Shown here piece after piece: positions 33,374 to 44,368 of a DNA stretch of 64,000 bases (within the stretch, counting starts at the first letter, position 1; each line of letters begins with the position of its first letter). The notes below the pieces were generated by a model, which ran no database searches, was not told the DNA's origin, and saw nothing but the letters and a program-made list of their open reading frames with translations. Origin of the DNA: Anaeramoeba ignava BMAN (lineage: Eukaryota > Protista > Anaeramoebae); the NCBI GenBank assembly GCA_028826165.1, contig JAPDFW010000053.1, forward strand, positions 186,001-250,000, in the 5' to 3' direction. A program made the position numbers and the translations under genes.

Positions 33374-36031
33374 TTAAATTAATTTTCTTTTTTCATAATT
33401 TTGTTCCATTTCTTTTAATTTTTGAATAACATTTTTAAATTCTTGAAATAAAGAAGAAATATCTTGCATTTTTAGTTCTTTAACTGAATTAACATTCATA
33501 AATTTAAATTGAGATTCAAATTTTGATAAATGAGATTTTTGGTCAAGAGAAATCATTTTTTCATTTTTATGAATTTTAATTTTTGTATGAGAAAGTTGAG
33601 GGAAAATAATTTCCTCGTCAGTAGATTGTGAAGTAGAATCTTTTTCTAAATCTTTTTCTAAATCTTTTTCTAAATTTTTATTTGAATTTTGATTTGAATT
33701 TTGATTTGAATTTTCTTTTGAATTTTCTTTTAAATTTTCTTTTGAATTTTGATTTAAATTTTGATTTGAATTTTGATTTAAATTGTTTTCTAAATTTTGA
33801 TTTAAATTTTGATTTGAATTTTCTTTTAAATTTTCTTTTAAATTGTTTTCTAAATTTTGATTTAAATTATTTTCTAAATTTTCTTTTAAATTACTTTCTA
33901 AATTTTCTTTTGAATTTGTTTCTAAATTGTTTTCTAAATTTTGATTTAAATTGTTTTCTAAATTGTTTTCTAAATTGTTTTCTGAATTTTCTTTTGAATT
34001 TTCTTTTAAATTGTTTTCTAAATTGTTTTCTAAATTTTGATTTAAATTGTTTTCTAAATTGTTTTCTAAATTGTTTTCTAAATTGTTTTCTAAATTGTTT
34101 TCTGAATTGTTTTCTAAATTGTTTTTTGAATTGTTTTCTAAATTGTTTTTTAAATTGTTTTCTAAATTGTTTTCTAAATTTGTTTCTAAATTTTCTTTTA
34201 AATTGTTTTCTAAATTGTTTTCTAAATTGTTTTCTAAATTTTCTTTTGAATTTTCTTTTGAATTTTGATTTGAATTTTGATTTGAATTTTCTTTTAAATT
34301 GTTTTCTAAATTTTGATTTAAATTACTTTCTAAATTGTTTTCTAAATTTTGATTTAAATTGTTTTCTGAATTTTCTTTTAAATTATTTTCTAAATTTTGA
34401 TTTAAATTGTTTTCTAAATTGTTTTCTAAATTGTTTTCTAAATTGTTTTCTAAATTTTGATTTAAATTGTTTTCTAAATTTTGATTTAAATTTTCTTCTA
34501 AATTGTTTTTTAAATTGTTTTCTAAATTATTTTCTAAATTGTTTTCTAAATTTTGATTTAAATTGTTTTCGAAATTTTGTTGTAGTCTTTTTCTCTTTTT
34601 CGCTTCTAATTCTTCATAATACCTTTTTTCTCCTAAAGAATATAATCTCATAAATTCTTCAGAATCAATACTAATATCATCACTTGTTAAATTTTCAAGA
34701 AAAGATACACTTGAAACAAGATTTGTAAAATAATAACCAGCTTCAGTCATCATCAAAATACGAGGATTTCTAAAATGGGAAATAAAATTGATATTTGTAT
34801 GAAGATTTTTGACATTCGAATGCAAAACAACATAAATCAAAATGGGAAGTAATTCATCAGCACCAGAAGATTTTTCATTTTCATCAAAAATATCCTGAAT
34901 CAAGTGGCAACACTCAACAACGCAATTGAGCTTATCTTTTGGAGTCTTCCACTTGTTAATTTGGCAAAGAGTGTCTTTAGCTTTTTGTATTTTTGAATGA
35001 TGTAAAATTTCCTCAGAAATATTCAAGTGTTTTCCGTTAATAAAAGATAACGCCATAAATTTTCTTTTCAAACGAGCATTTGATTGCACATAAAATTGTT
35101 CATTTGGTCCGAGGACAAAGTTGTAAATTCTAAACATAATAAATTGCTCAAAAAGCTCGTAAATTCTTAAGCTTCGCTCGTCTTGCATTTCAAGAAGATA
35201 AGTATTTTTTGCAGACTCGTTGTCGAATTGCTGGGAATTAGGGTCGTCTTGCGGCAAGAAAAATAACGGGCATGAGATGTATTTCTGAACAAGTTGCGAG
35301 ACGACTTGGTTCGTGTGCTCGCCTGCTTGAGTGAATGTGAACCGCCGCTGTGCAAACGATTCAATCGCAAGATTTAAATCTGAAGAAATTTCACTTTCGG
35401 GGAATTTTGACACAAAATCTTCGAATTGAGAATAAATTGAAACACGGAATTTGGAGAATAAGTTGTCGTTGTTCTTGTCCGTTGAGTCCAGTTTGCGGAA
35501 ATTGAGCGTCATCTCGGAAGAATAGCTCGGCATCTCGCTCCACCAACACCCGATGAATTCAAGAGGTTTTGAAATGACAACAAAATTGCAAACGGGAATT
35601 TCTCGACTGAAGTAAATGCGAGTTTTTTGTAAAACATAAGATTTGGGTAGTTTTTTTGAATCAACGGTTTTTTTCTCATCCAATAAAAAGATGTTGTTTT
35701 TTTGCTTCTTCATTGATTGAACCAAGTTTTTTGGATGCATTTTGGCTTGTTTTTTTATCACTTGAAGAAATGTGAACTTGTGTTGCTTTAAGAATCTTCC
35801 AATCACTCCGTTTAAAGACACAAACTGTCTTGGATTTAATTGGTGAATAAGAATCAAATGTGTTTCGATAAACTCCCGCGTTATTGATATCGATTCTAGT
35901 GTTTTTGATTGTGGAGCTACAATGATTAAGTTGTATTTTGATATTATTTGATTTAAATCTTCGAATTCTTTGTTTGTTTGCAATGCATTTAAAAGCGGGT
36001 TATTTTGAATTTCAAATTGAATAATTTCCAT
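33374..36031 (-). CDS. VPS9-domain Rab5-family GEF with a long NLEN/NQNL tetrapeptide repeat
   Basis: KTPKDKLNC, SGADELLPILIYVVL, NINFISHFR and EAGYYFTNLVSSVSFLE are VPS9 motifs. 12-nt coding repeat at 33640-34575. Confidence 0.9.
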   Translation of the reverse strand: MEIIQFEIQNNPLLNALQTNKEFEDLNQIISKYNLIIVAPQSKTLESISITREFIETHLILIHQLNPRQFVSLNGVIGRFLKQHKFTFLQVIKKQAKMHPKNLVQSMKKQKNNIFLLDEKKTVDSKKLPKSYVLQKTRIYFSREIPVCNFVVISKPLEFIGCWWSEMPSYSSEMTLNFRKLDSTDKNNDNLFSKFRVSIYSQFEDFVSKFPESEISSDLNLAIESFAQRRFTFTQAGEHTNQVVSQLVQKYISCPLFFLPQDDPNSQQFDNESAKNTYLLEMQDERSLRIYELFEQFIMFRIYNFVLGPNEQFYVQSNARLKRKFMALSFINGKHLNISEEILHHSKIQKAKDTLCQINKWKTPKDKLNCVVECCHLIQDIFDENEKSSGADELLPILIYVVLHSNVKNLHTNINFISHFRNPRILMMTEAGYYFTNLVSSVSFLENLTSDDISIDSEEFMRLYSLGEKRYYEELEAKKRKRLQQNFENNLNQNLENNLENNLENNLKNNLEENLNQNLENNLNQNLENNLENNLENNLENNLNQNLENNLKENSENNLNQNLENNLESNLNQNLENNLKENSNQNSNQNSKENSKENLENNLENNLENNLKENLETNLENNLENNLKNNLENNSKNNLENNSENNLENNLENNLENNLENNLNQNLENNLENNLKENSKENSENNLENNLENNLNQNLENNLETNSKENLESNLKENLENNLNQNLENNLKENLKENSNQNLNQNLENNLNQNSNQNLNQNSKENLKENSKENSNQNSNQNSNKNLEKDLEKDLEKDSTSQSTDEEIIFPQLSHTKIKIHKNEKMISLDQKSHLSKFESQFKFMNVNSVKELKMQDISSLFQEFKNVIQKLKEMEQNYEKRKLI

Positions 36032-36112
36032 TTATTTTTTGAATTGATTTTTAAAACAAAAAAAAGGAAAAAAATGAAATTATTTTTTTCTATTTTTTTT
36101 TTTTCTTAATCT

Positions 36113-37240
36113 TTATTGGCTCATCAATTCTTCTATTGAACGGTAAATATCTCCTTCATTTCTCTTTAATACTTCATAATTTAATCTTCGATCATGAAAT
36201 CCCATTTGATTTAATTTGTTTATTTGCTGTTGAAATTGAAATTTTTTTTTTTCGAAATTGATTTTTGCTTTTTTTTCTTTTTTTGATATTTTCTCATTTA
36301 AATTTTCCAATTCGTTTTCTTCTTTTTCTTCAATTTGGAAAAGTTCATCATCCTCTTTTTTTGTTAATTTTTTTGGCAAATTAGAGTGTATTTGTTGGTC
36401 AAAATGAAGTAATTCTTGTGATTCAAAAATTTTTGGATCGTTTTGAGGATTTTCTTTTAAATTCAAAAAGAAATTATCATTTGGATTAATTTTTGATTCT
36501 TCTAGTTGATTTTCTTGAAAAATAACTTGTTCTTTGTTTTCAAATTCCTTTTCAATTTGATTAATTTTTGGAACAGTTTTTTTTTCTTGTAAAATTTCAT
36601 TATTAAAAAGGGATGGATTAAAATTAATCAGAGAATTTAAAAGGATGTTTTCTTTCTGAAAGTTTTCTTTTTGTGAATCGATTTGATTTAATTTGAAATC
36701 AAAGCAATTTGATAATTCGGTCCAAAACCATTTTATGATCTCAATTATCAAATGATTTTCAATAGATTTTGAAGTTGAATTTTCTAGAATTATTTTTTCC
36801 ATTTTTTCTAGAAGATTTTCGTGTTGGAATTTGAATTGAATTATTGGAAAAAATTGTTGAATGAAATGATTGAATAAATTAAGGAAAAAAGGGGAATTTA
36901 ACGAATTGAAAAAATTGATTAAAAAATGATCAATATTTTGGGTTTTTGAAGAATTATTTGTTTTTAAGGAATTGTTTTCATGTTGAATTTTTAGTTTCAT
37001 TATTTGAATGTTATTTTGGTTAAGGATTTGAATTGCTGAATAAAATTCTTGTTCTGTTGAAATTTTTATCCAATCTTCTTCTTCATCTAAAAATTCTAAT
37101 GAATAATTTATTGGATTGATTTGGAATGTATTAGAAATTGTTTTTTGTAAATTCTCGAAAGAAAAATCTGTGTTTATTTTAGTTCTTTTGATTTGATTTT
37201 GGAAGAAGAATTTAATCCAAAATGGGTTATTTTTTTGCAT
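36113..37240 (-). CDS. PB1 + C-terminal UBA protein (p62/SQSTM1/NBR1-like selective-autophagy receptor)
   Basis: Likely ATG at 37240 (MQKNNPFWIK). PB1 with OPCA motif YSLEFLDEEEDWIKISTEQEF. UBA QINKLNQMGFHDRRLNYEVLKRNEGDIYRSIEEL. Confidence 0.8.
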   Translation of the reverse strand: MQKNNPFWIKFFFQNQIKRTKINTDFSFENLQKTISNTFQINPINYSLEFLDEEEDWIKISTEQEFYSAIQILNQNNIQIMKLKIQHENNSLKTNNSSKTQNIDHFLINFFNSLNSPFFLNLFNHFIQQFFPIIQFKFQHENLLEKMEKIILENSTSKSIENHLIIEIIKWFWTELSNCFDFKLNQIDSQKENFQKENILLNSLINFNPSLFNNEILQEKKTVPKINQIEKEFENKEQVIFQENQLEESKINPNDNFFLNLKENPQNDPKIFESQELLHFDQQIHSNLPKKLTKKEDDELFQIEEKEENELENLNEKISKKEKKAKINFEKKKFQFQQQINKLNQMGFHDRRLNYEVLKRNEGDIYRSIEELMSQ

Positions 37241-37429
37241 TTTTTTTTCAAAGCAACTAAAAGAAATAAAACGAAATAAAACGAAATAAAACGAAATAAA
37301 AACAAGAAATAAAAACAAGAAATAAAAACAAGAAATAAAAAGAAATAAAAAGTGGAATTTAAAAAAAAAAATCTTTTCTTTTTCAATCCAAAAATTAATC
37401 AAAGTCAATTTCAAACAATTTAAAAAATT

Positions 37430-38600
37430 GATCAAATAAAAATATTAATCAAAGTCAATTTAATCAAATAAAAATATTAATCAATTTCAATTTAATTAAA
37501 TAATTGGAATAAAATTGGAATAAAAATATTAATTAATTTCAATTTAATTAAATAATTGAAATAAAATTGAAATAAAATTGGAATAAAAATATTAATCAAT
37601 TTCAATTTAATCAAATAATTGGAATAAAAATGGAATAAAAAATATTAATAAAAATCAATTTAATTAATTAAATGGAATAAAAATATTAATTAATTTCAAT
37701 TTAATTAAATAATTGGAATAAAATTGGAATAAAAATATTAATCAATTTCAATTTAATTAAATAATTGGAATAAAAATGGAATAAAAATATTAATTAATTT
37801 CAATTTAATTAATTAATTGGAATAAAAATATTAATTAATTTCAATTTAATTAAATAATTAAATAATTGGAATAAATAAAAATATTAATCAAAGTCAATTT
37901 AATTAAATAATTGGAATAAAAATGGAATAAAATATTAATTAATTTAATTTAATTAATTAATTGGAATAAAAATATTAATTAATTTCAATTTAATCAATTG
38001 GAATAAAAATATTAATTAATTTCAATTTAATCGAATAAAAATATTAATTAATTTCAATTTAATTGGAATTAAAAATATTAATTAATTTCAATTTAATTAA
38101 ATAATTGGAATAAAAATATTAATCAATTTCAATTTAATTAAATAATTGGAATAAAATTAATAATCAATTTCGAATTTAATTAATTGAATAAAAAATTAAT
38201 TAATTGGAATAAAAATTGGAATAAAATTAATAATCAATTTCAATTTAATTAATTAATTGGAATAAAATTAATAATTAATTTCAATTTAATCAAATAATTG
38301 GAATAAAAATATTAATCAATTTCAATTTAATTAAATAATTGGAATAAAAATATTAATCAATTTCAATTTAATTAAATAATTGGAATAAAAATGGAATAAA
38401 AATATTAATTAATTTCAATTTAATTAAATAAAAATATTAATTAATTTCAATTTAATTAAATAAAAATATTAATCAATTTCAATTTAATTAAATAATTGGA
38501 ATAAAATTGGAATAAAAATATTAATTAATTTCAATTTAATTAAATAATTGGAATAAAAATATTAATCAATTTCAATTTAATTAATTAATTGGAATAAAAA
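37430..38600. repeat. AT-rich minisatellite (AATTGGAATAAAAATATTAATCAATTTCAATTTAATTAAAT-like units)
   Basis: Irregular ~40-50 bp units, directly visible, intergenic. Confidence 0.85.
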
Positions 38601-38751
38601 TTAAAAATTAAAAAGAAAATTGAAGGTAAATTGAATTCATTTCTCAAATTGATTGAAATGGGAAAGTAAAAGTAAAAGTAAAAGTAAAAAAATTGGGAAA
38701 AAAAAAATCAAATTAGAAAAAAAAAAAGAAAAAAGATTTGGAACGATTTGC

Positions 38752-39177
38752 CTAGCAAAGACCTAAATATTGGCAAATTTGTTGAGGAGTAACATCATCC
38801 AAGAACCATTGAATCAAATCAGGTCCATATTGACTAACAAGCAAATTGCATTCATCAACGTATTGTGAAGGAAGCATTCCACATACTTTTTCAAGTGCGG
38901 TTATAATTTCATCTTCAGTTCTTTTATCTCCAATAATTTTATCAACGATTTCCATCATAATTTCACAAATTGTGCAAGGAATTGCATCAACATCTATTTT
39001 TTAAATTATTTTTTTATTTTTTAATTTATTTTATTTTATTTATTTTTTAATTATTTTTTTCAAATGGTGAAAATTAATCACTTTTTAAAAATTGTTTTTT
39101 TTTTTTAATTTACTTTGTTTTTCTGAAGAAACAACAACGAAAAGAACAAGTAAAAGTGCAAAGAAAAAGAATTTCAT
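38752..39177 (-). CDS. Secreted single-domain saposin-like protein (amoebapore/SAPLIP-like)
   Basis: Exon 1 39177-39114 is a signal peptide (MKFFFFALLLVLFVVVSSE). Exon 2 ~38994-38752 has the six-Cys SapB pattern CTIC..VC..EC..YGP..PQQICQYLGLC. Confidence 0.85.
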
Positions 39178-39442
39178 TATTAATTTGTTTTTAAATTTGT
39201 TTTTTTTTAAAAGAAAAAAAATGAAAAAAAAGAAAAAAAATTAAAAAAAAATAATTATTATTCATTTTTTCTATTTTTTTACTAATTATTTTTATTTTTT
39301 ATTAATTTTTTTTTTAATTAAAGAAAAAAATTTTTTTTTTAATTTCTTTTTCATTTTTTTTCTTTTAATTTCTTTTAAAACAAAAAAAAAAAGAAGGAAA
39401 TTTATATTCAAATAAATTCAATTAAAAAAAAAAAATAAAAAA

Positions 39443-40656
39443 ATGGAAGATATTAAAAAACAAAAAGAAAAAGATACAGCAACACCAGAAAAAACACATC
39501 ATATTCGAGTTACTTTAAATGGAACTGATGTGAAAACAATTGAGAAAGTTTGTACTGATTTAGTTCAAGATGGAAAACAAAAAGGTTTACAAGTTAAAGG
39601 ACCAGTTAGAATGCCAACAAAACGTTTATCAATTACTACTAGAAAAACTCCTTGTGGAAATGGTATTTTATATTAAATTTTATTTAAAAATTAAAATTAA
39701 AATTCATTTATAAAATTAAAATTAAAATTAAAATTCATTTATAAAATTGAAATTAAAATTCATTTATAAAATTAAAATTAAAATTAAAATTAAAATTAAA
39801 ATTAAAATTAAAATTAAAATTAAAATTAAAATTAAAATTAAAATTAAAAATTAAAATTAAAATTAAAATTAAAATTAAAATTAAAATTAAAATTAAAATT
39901 AAAATTAAAATTAAAAATTAAAATTAAAATTAAAATTAAAATTAAAATTAAAATTAAAATTAAAAATTAAAATTAAAATTAAAATTAAAATTAAAATTCA
40001 TTTATAAAATTAAAATTAAAATTAAAATTAAAATTAAAATTAAAATTAAAATTAAAAATAAAATTAAAATTAAAATTTATAAAATTAAAATTAAAATCAA
40101 AATCCATTTAAAAATTAAAATTAAAATTAAAATTAAAATTAAAATTAAAAATTAAAATTAAAATTAAAATTAAAATTAAAATTAAAATTAAAATTAAAAT
40201 TAAAATTAAAATTAAAATCAAAATCCATTTATAAAATTAAAATTAAAATTAAAATTAAAATTAAAATTAAAATTCATTTATAAAATTAAAATTCATTTAT
40301 AAAATTAAAATTAAAATTAAAATTAAAATTAAAATTAAAATCAAAATTAAAATCAAAATTCATTTATAAAATTAAAATTCATTTATAAAATTAAAAAATT
40401 TGAAAAAAAGGAACTAATACTTGGGATAGATATGAAATGAGAATTCATAAAAGAATAATTGATTTCTACAGTCCAACAAGTATTGTTAAACAATTGGTAA
40501 ATTAATTAATTTTAAATTAATTATAAATTCATTCTCTTATTTATTTATTAATTTATTTATTTATTAATTTATTAATTTATTTATTAATTTTATTAGACAA
40601 AAATTACAATCAAACCAGGAATTGATGTTGAAGTTACAATTCTAGAATCAAATTAA
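39443..40656 (+). CDS. RPS20: 40S ribosomal protein S20 (uS10), 3 exons
   Basis: [23 protein letters not shown]|[17 protein letters not shown]..|[15 protein letters not shown]. Intron 1 (39663-40410) is (AAAATT)n. Confidence 0.97.
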
Positions 40657-40900
40657 ACAAAAATTAAGAAGAAATTATTAAAAAAGTTTTTTTTTTTCAT
40701 ATTTTCCTTTTAAATTCAATTCAATTTCATTTCTCTTTCTTTCTTTCTTTTTGGGTGAAAAAATAGATAATGAAAAAGATCCAAATTTTAATTGATTTTT
40801 CTTCTAAAAAAAAAAACAAAAAAGAAATAAACTTTCTCATTAAAATTCAAAATTAAATTTATTTTTTTTTTTCATTTTTCTCTTTTTAAAAAATTAAAAA

Positions 40901-42790
40901 ATGAAAAGTAAAAGAAAATTAAAAAAACAAAATAGAAAAAAAAATAGAAAACAAAATCAAAATCAAAATCAAAATCAAAATCAAAATATAAATCAAAATC
41001 AAAATCAAAATATAAATCAAATGAATGATATTTTCTTTTTTGGTGAAAATAATGTTTCTCAACTTCTTGTTAGCGAAAAAATAAAAGAACCAATTCAATT
41101 TAAATTTGGAAATGAAAATGAAAATGAAAATGAAAAACAAATTAAACAAATTTCATCAAGTGATTTTTCAACAATTTTCCTTTTTAAAAATGGAAAAGCA
41201 ATTGAATATACAATTGAAAAAGTAAATCCTGCAAAAATCCAAATTGAAAATATTCAAAAAGTAACTGTTGGATATCGAAATGAAGCTATTTTAACAAAGA
41301 AGGAAATGTATTTGCCAAAGGAAAATGCATTAATTCAAATAATCCAAAACAATTTATCAATATTTCATCATTAATTGAAGATACAGATGATAGAATAATT
41401 GAAGATATTGTTTCTGGAAATCGTTCAATTTACTTATTAACTTCAAATCAAAATGCTTATGGAATTGGTTTAAATGATTGGAGTCAACTTGGTTTTGATT
41501 ACGAAACACTTAAAAAAACAGAAAAACCAATTTTAATGATGAATAATGTTTCTAAAATATTTTCATCAAATTCTTCAGATTCTGTTTTTCTTTTAGATTC
41601 AAATCAAAGATTATTTGCATGCGGAAATAATCAATTTAGTCAACTTGGATTAGGAAAATCAAGAAAAGGAGAACGGAAAATCAAAAAATTAACCAAAATC
41701 CAAAATATTCCAAAAGGTAAAATAATTGATATTCAATCTGGATATCTTCATTCAATAATGTTGATTGAAAATGAAGATGAAAATCAAAATCCAAAAAGAA
41801 AACTTTATTCATGTGGATACTCTCGATTTAATGAATATGATGAATATGAAGATGAAAATACTTATGAATTTACTGAAATCAAATCATCTTTATTTGAAAA
41901 TGATGATAATATTCTTGAATTTTCTGTTGGATATGAACATACTTTGATTTTAACATCCAAAGAGAAATTAATTGGATTTGGAAATAATTCTCATGGTCAA
42001 TTAGGAACTGAAAAAATAAGATATTACCAACAAATTCCAATTCAAATTGAACTTCCTAAATTAAGATTTAATGAAGATCTTTCTAATTATCATATTTCTT
42101 GTGGATATCACAATTCATTTCTTTATTATTCTCCTCCTATTTCCAATCTTGAAGAAGATTTGATAAAACTATTTAGAAGAAAAGAATTTTGTGATATTTC
42201 ATTTAAAACCGAAAATGGAGAAATAATTGAAGCTCATAAATTAATATTGAAATATAGATTAAATCAAAATCAAAATCAAATTGAAAAACTTCAAGAAATT
42301 ATTTCAAAAAAATCAATTAAAGAATCAAATCAAATATTTGAAATTATTTATTCAAACAATTCCAAAATAAAACCGAAATTATATTTTGAAATTAAAGAAA
42401 TTATAAATTCAAATGAAAAAATTGAAGAAACAATGAAAAGAATTTATTTAAATGAAAATGAAAATGAAAATGAAAAAGATTTTATTATTGAAAGAAAAGA
42501 AAAACAATATAAATTTCCAAAATTAATATTAATAATGAGAAGTGAATTATATCGAGGAATGTTTTTATCTGTTACAAATGATACTTCTAATAAAGTTACA
42601 GATTATAGTGAATTAAGTAATAAATCATTTCAAATTTTTGAATATTGGATTTATTCAAATCAAATTAAAGATGGAATTCAAATTACACAAGAAATCAATT
42701 GATGAAATTCAAATTGGAATTGATTATTTTCAATTAAATCAAACAAATCCAAATTTATTTGATTTATTAATTAACAAATTTAATAATTAA
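40901..42790 (+). CDS. RCC1-like repeat + C-terminal double BTB-like protein
   Basis: RCC1 motifs GNNQFSQLGLG, SGYLHS, SVGYEHTL and GNNSHGQLG. BTB EFCDISF..IEAHKLILKYR, plus KDF..PKLILIMRSELYRGMF. Single-base frameshifts at ~41299 and ~42698; corrected stop at 42788-42790. Confidence 0.85.
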
Positions 42791-42844
42791 AATTAAAATT
42801 ATTTTCATTTTTTCATTTTTTTCTTTTCCAAAATTTTAATAAAA

Positions 42845-44290
42845 ATGGAAAATTATTTAAATTTAGAAAAACTTTCAAATGATTTAAAAAAATTATTTCA
42901 AAATCAAAATCAAAATGAAAACCAAAATGAAAGTTATTTTGATTTTGAAATAATTTGTGAACAAAATCAAATTTCATTTAAAACTCATAAATCAATTCTT
43001 TCTTCAAGAAGTGAATATTTTAAAACTCTTTTCAATTCAAAAATGAAAGAATATCAAGAAAATAAATTAATTTTAAAAGATGTTTCAAGTTCAATTCTAT
43101 CTTCAATTTTGAATTATCTTTATTCAGGAAAAATTGAAATTAATTTAGAAAATGCAATAGAAATTTTAATTTTTTCATCAAAATATTTAATTGATGAATT
43201 AATTGAAATTTGTTCAAATTTTATCAAAAATAATTTACAATTTGAAACTATTATTGATATTCTTAAATTATCTGAATCAATGAATTTAAATCAATTATTA
43301 GATTCTTCTTATAAATTTATTTCTGATAATTTTGAAGAATTTATCAAAACTTCATTTTTTCTTGAACTTGAAGAAAATCATTTAAAATCAATTTTATCAA
43401 ATGATGATATTTTTATGAATGAATTTAAAATTTTTCAATCAATAATAAAATGGGGAAAACATAAATCAAATATTAATCAAGAAAAAGAAGAATTTGAAAA
43501 AGAACAATTACAAAATCAAATTTCAAATGTTATTGAAAAAATCAGATTTATTGATTTTTCAAAACAAGAACTTAAAGATACTTTAAAAGAAGATTTAATT
43601 CCAAATCAAATTTCAGAAAAATTAATTCAATTCCAAAAACTTCAAAATGATACAAAACAATTAAATCAATTTATTGAAAAAGAAAATTCATTCATTTTCA
43701 AATCAAGATTTAAATTTAAATCAAGAATTATTCAAGAAAAAGAACATTTCAATAAATTGAAAGAATGGATAAATGATGAAGAATTCTGTTCCAAAATGAA
43801 AAAAGGATTTTCAGCCAAAAAAGATGGATTTGATTCAAAAATTTTTCATGAAAAAGTTGATAATAAAGGAAAAACATTAATTATTATTCAAACCAAAGAT
43901 AATTTTATTTTTGGAGGATTTACTCAAATTGGATTTACAACTGATAAATCAAAATGGAGTGAAAATTATGGAGATAGCGGATATATTAGAGATTCAAATG
44001 CATTTATTTTTTCATTAAGAAACAGAAGAAATGATAGAAAACCAGAGAAATTCACAATTCAACAAGATCTTTCACAATTTGCAATTGCATATAATTTGAA
44101 CCAAGGTCCAACTTTTGGAGGAGGATATGATTTTTATTTAAATTCTAATTTACAATCAGGCCATTCAAGTTTTGGTTTTAGTTACAATCTTCCTAATGGA
44201 ATTATTAAATTTTCAGATGAAGCAAAAAGTTATTTAGCTGGTTCTTATAAATCATGGATTGTTGAAGAAGTTGAAGCTCTTTTCATTTAA
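42845..44290 (+). CDS. BTB-BACK-TLDc protein, copy 2
   Basis: Near-identical to 27766-29214 over the first ~390 codons; divergent TLDc C-terminus. Confidence 0.9.
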   Translation: MENYLNLEKLSNDLKKLFQNQNQNENQNESYFDFEIICEQNQISFKTHKSILSSRSEYFKTLFNSKMKEYQENKLILKDVSSSILSSILNYLYSGKIEINLENAIEILIFSSKYLIDELIEICSNFIKNNLQFETIIDILKLSESMNLNQLLDSSYKFISDNFEEFIKTSFFLELEENHLKSILSNDDIFMNEFKIFQSIIKWGKHKSNINQEKEEFEKEQLQNQISNVIEKIRFIDFSKQELKDTLKEDLIPNQISEKLIQFQKLQNDTKQLNQFIEKENSFIFKSRFKFKSRIIQEKEHFNKLKEWINDEEFCSKMKKGFSAKKDGFDSKIFHEKVDNKGKTLIIIQTKDNFIFGGFTQIGFTTDKSKWSENYGDSGYIRDSNAFIFSLRNRRNDRKPEKFTIQQDLSQFAIAYNLNQGPTFGGGYDFYLNSNLQSGHSSFGFSYNLPNGIIKFSDEAKSYLAGSYKSWIVEEVEALFI

Positions 44291-44368
44291 ACAACTTATC
44301 AAAAAAGAAAATCAAACTTTCATTTTTTTCTTTATTTAAATTAAATTAAATTAAATTAAATTAAATTA

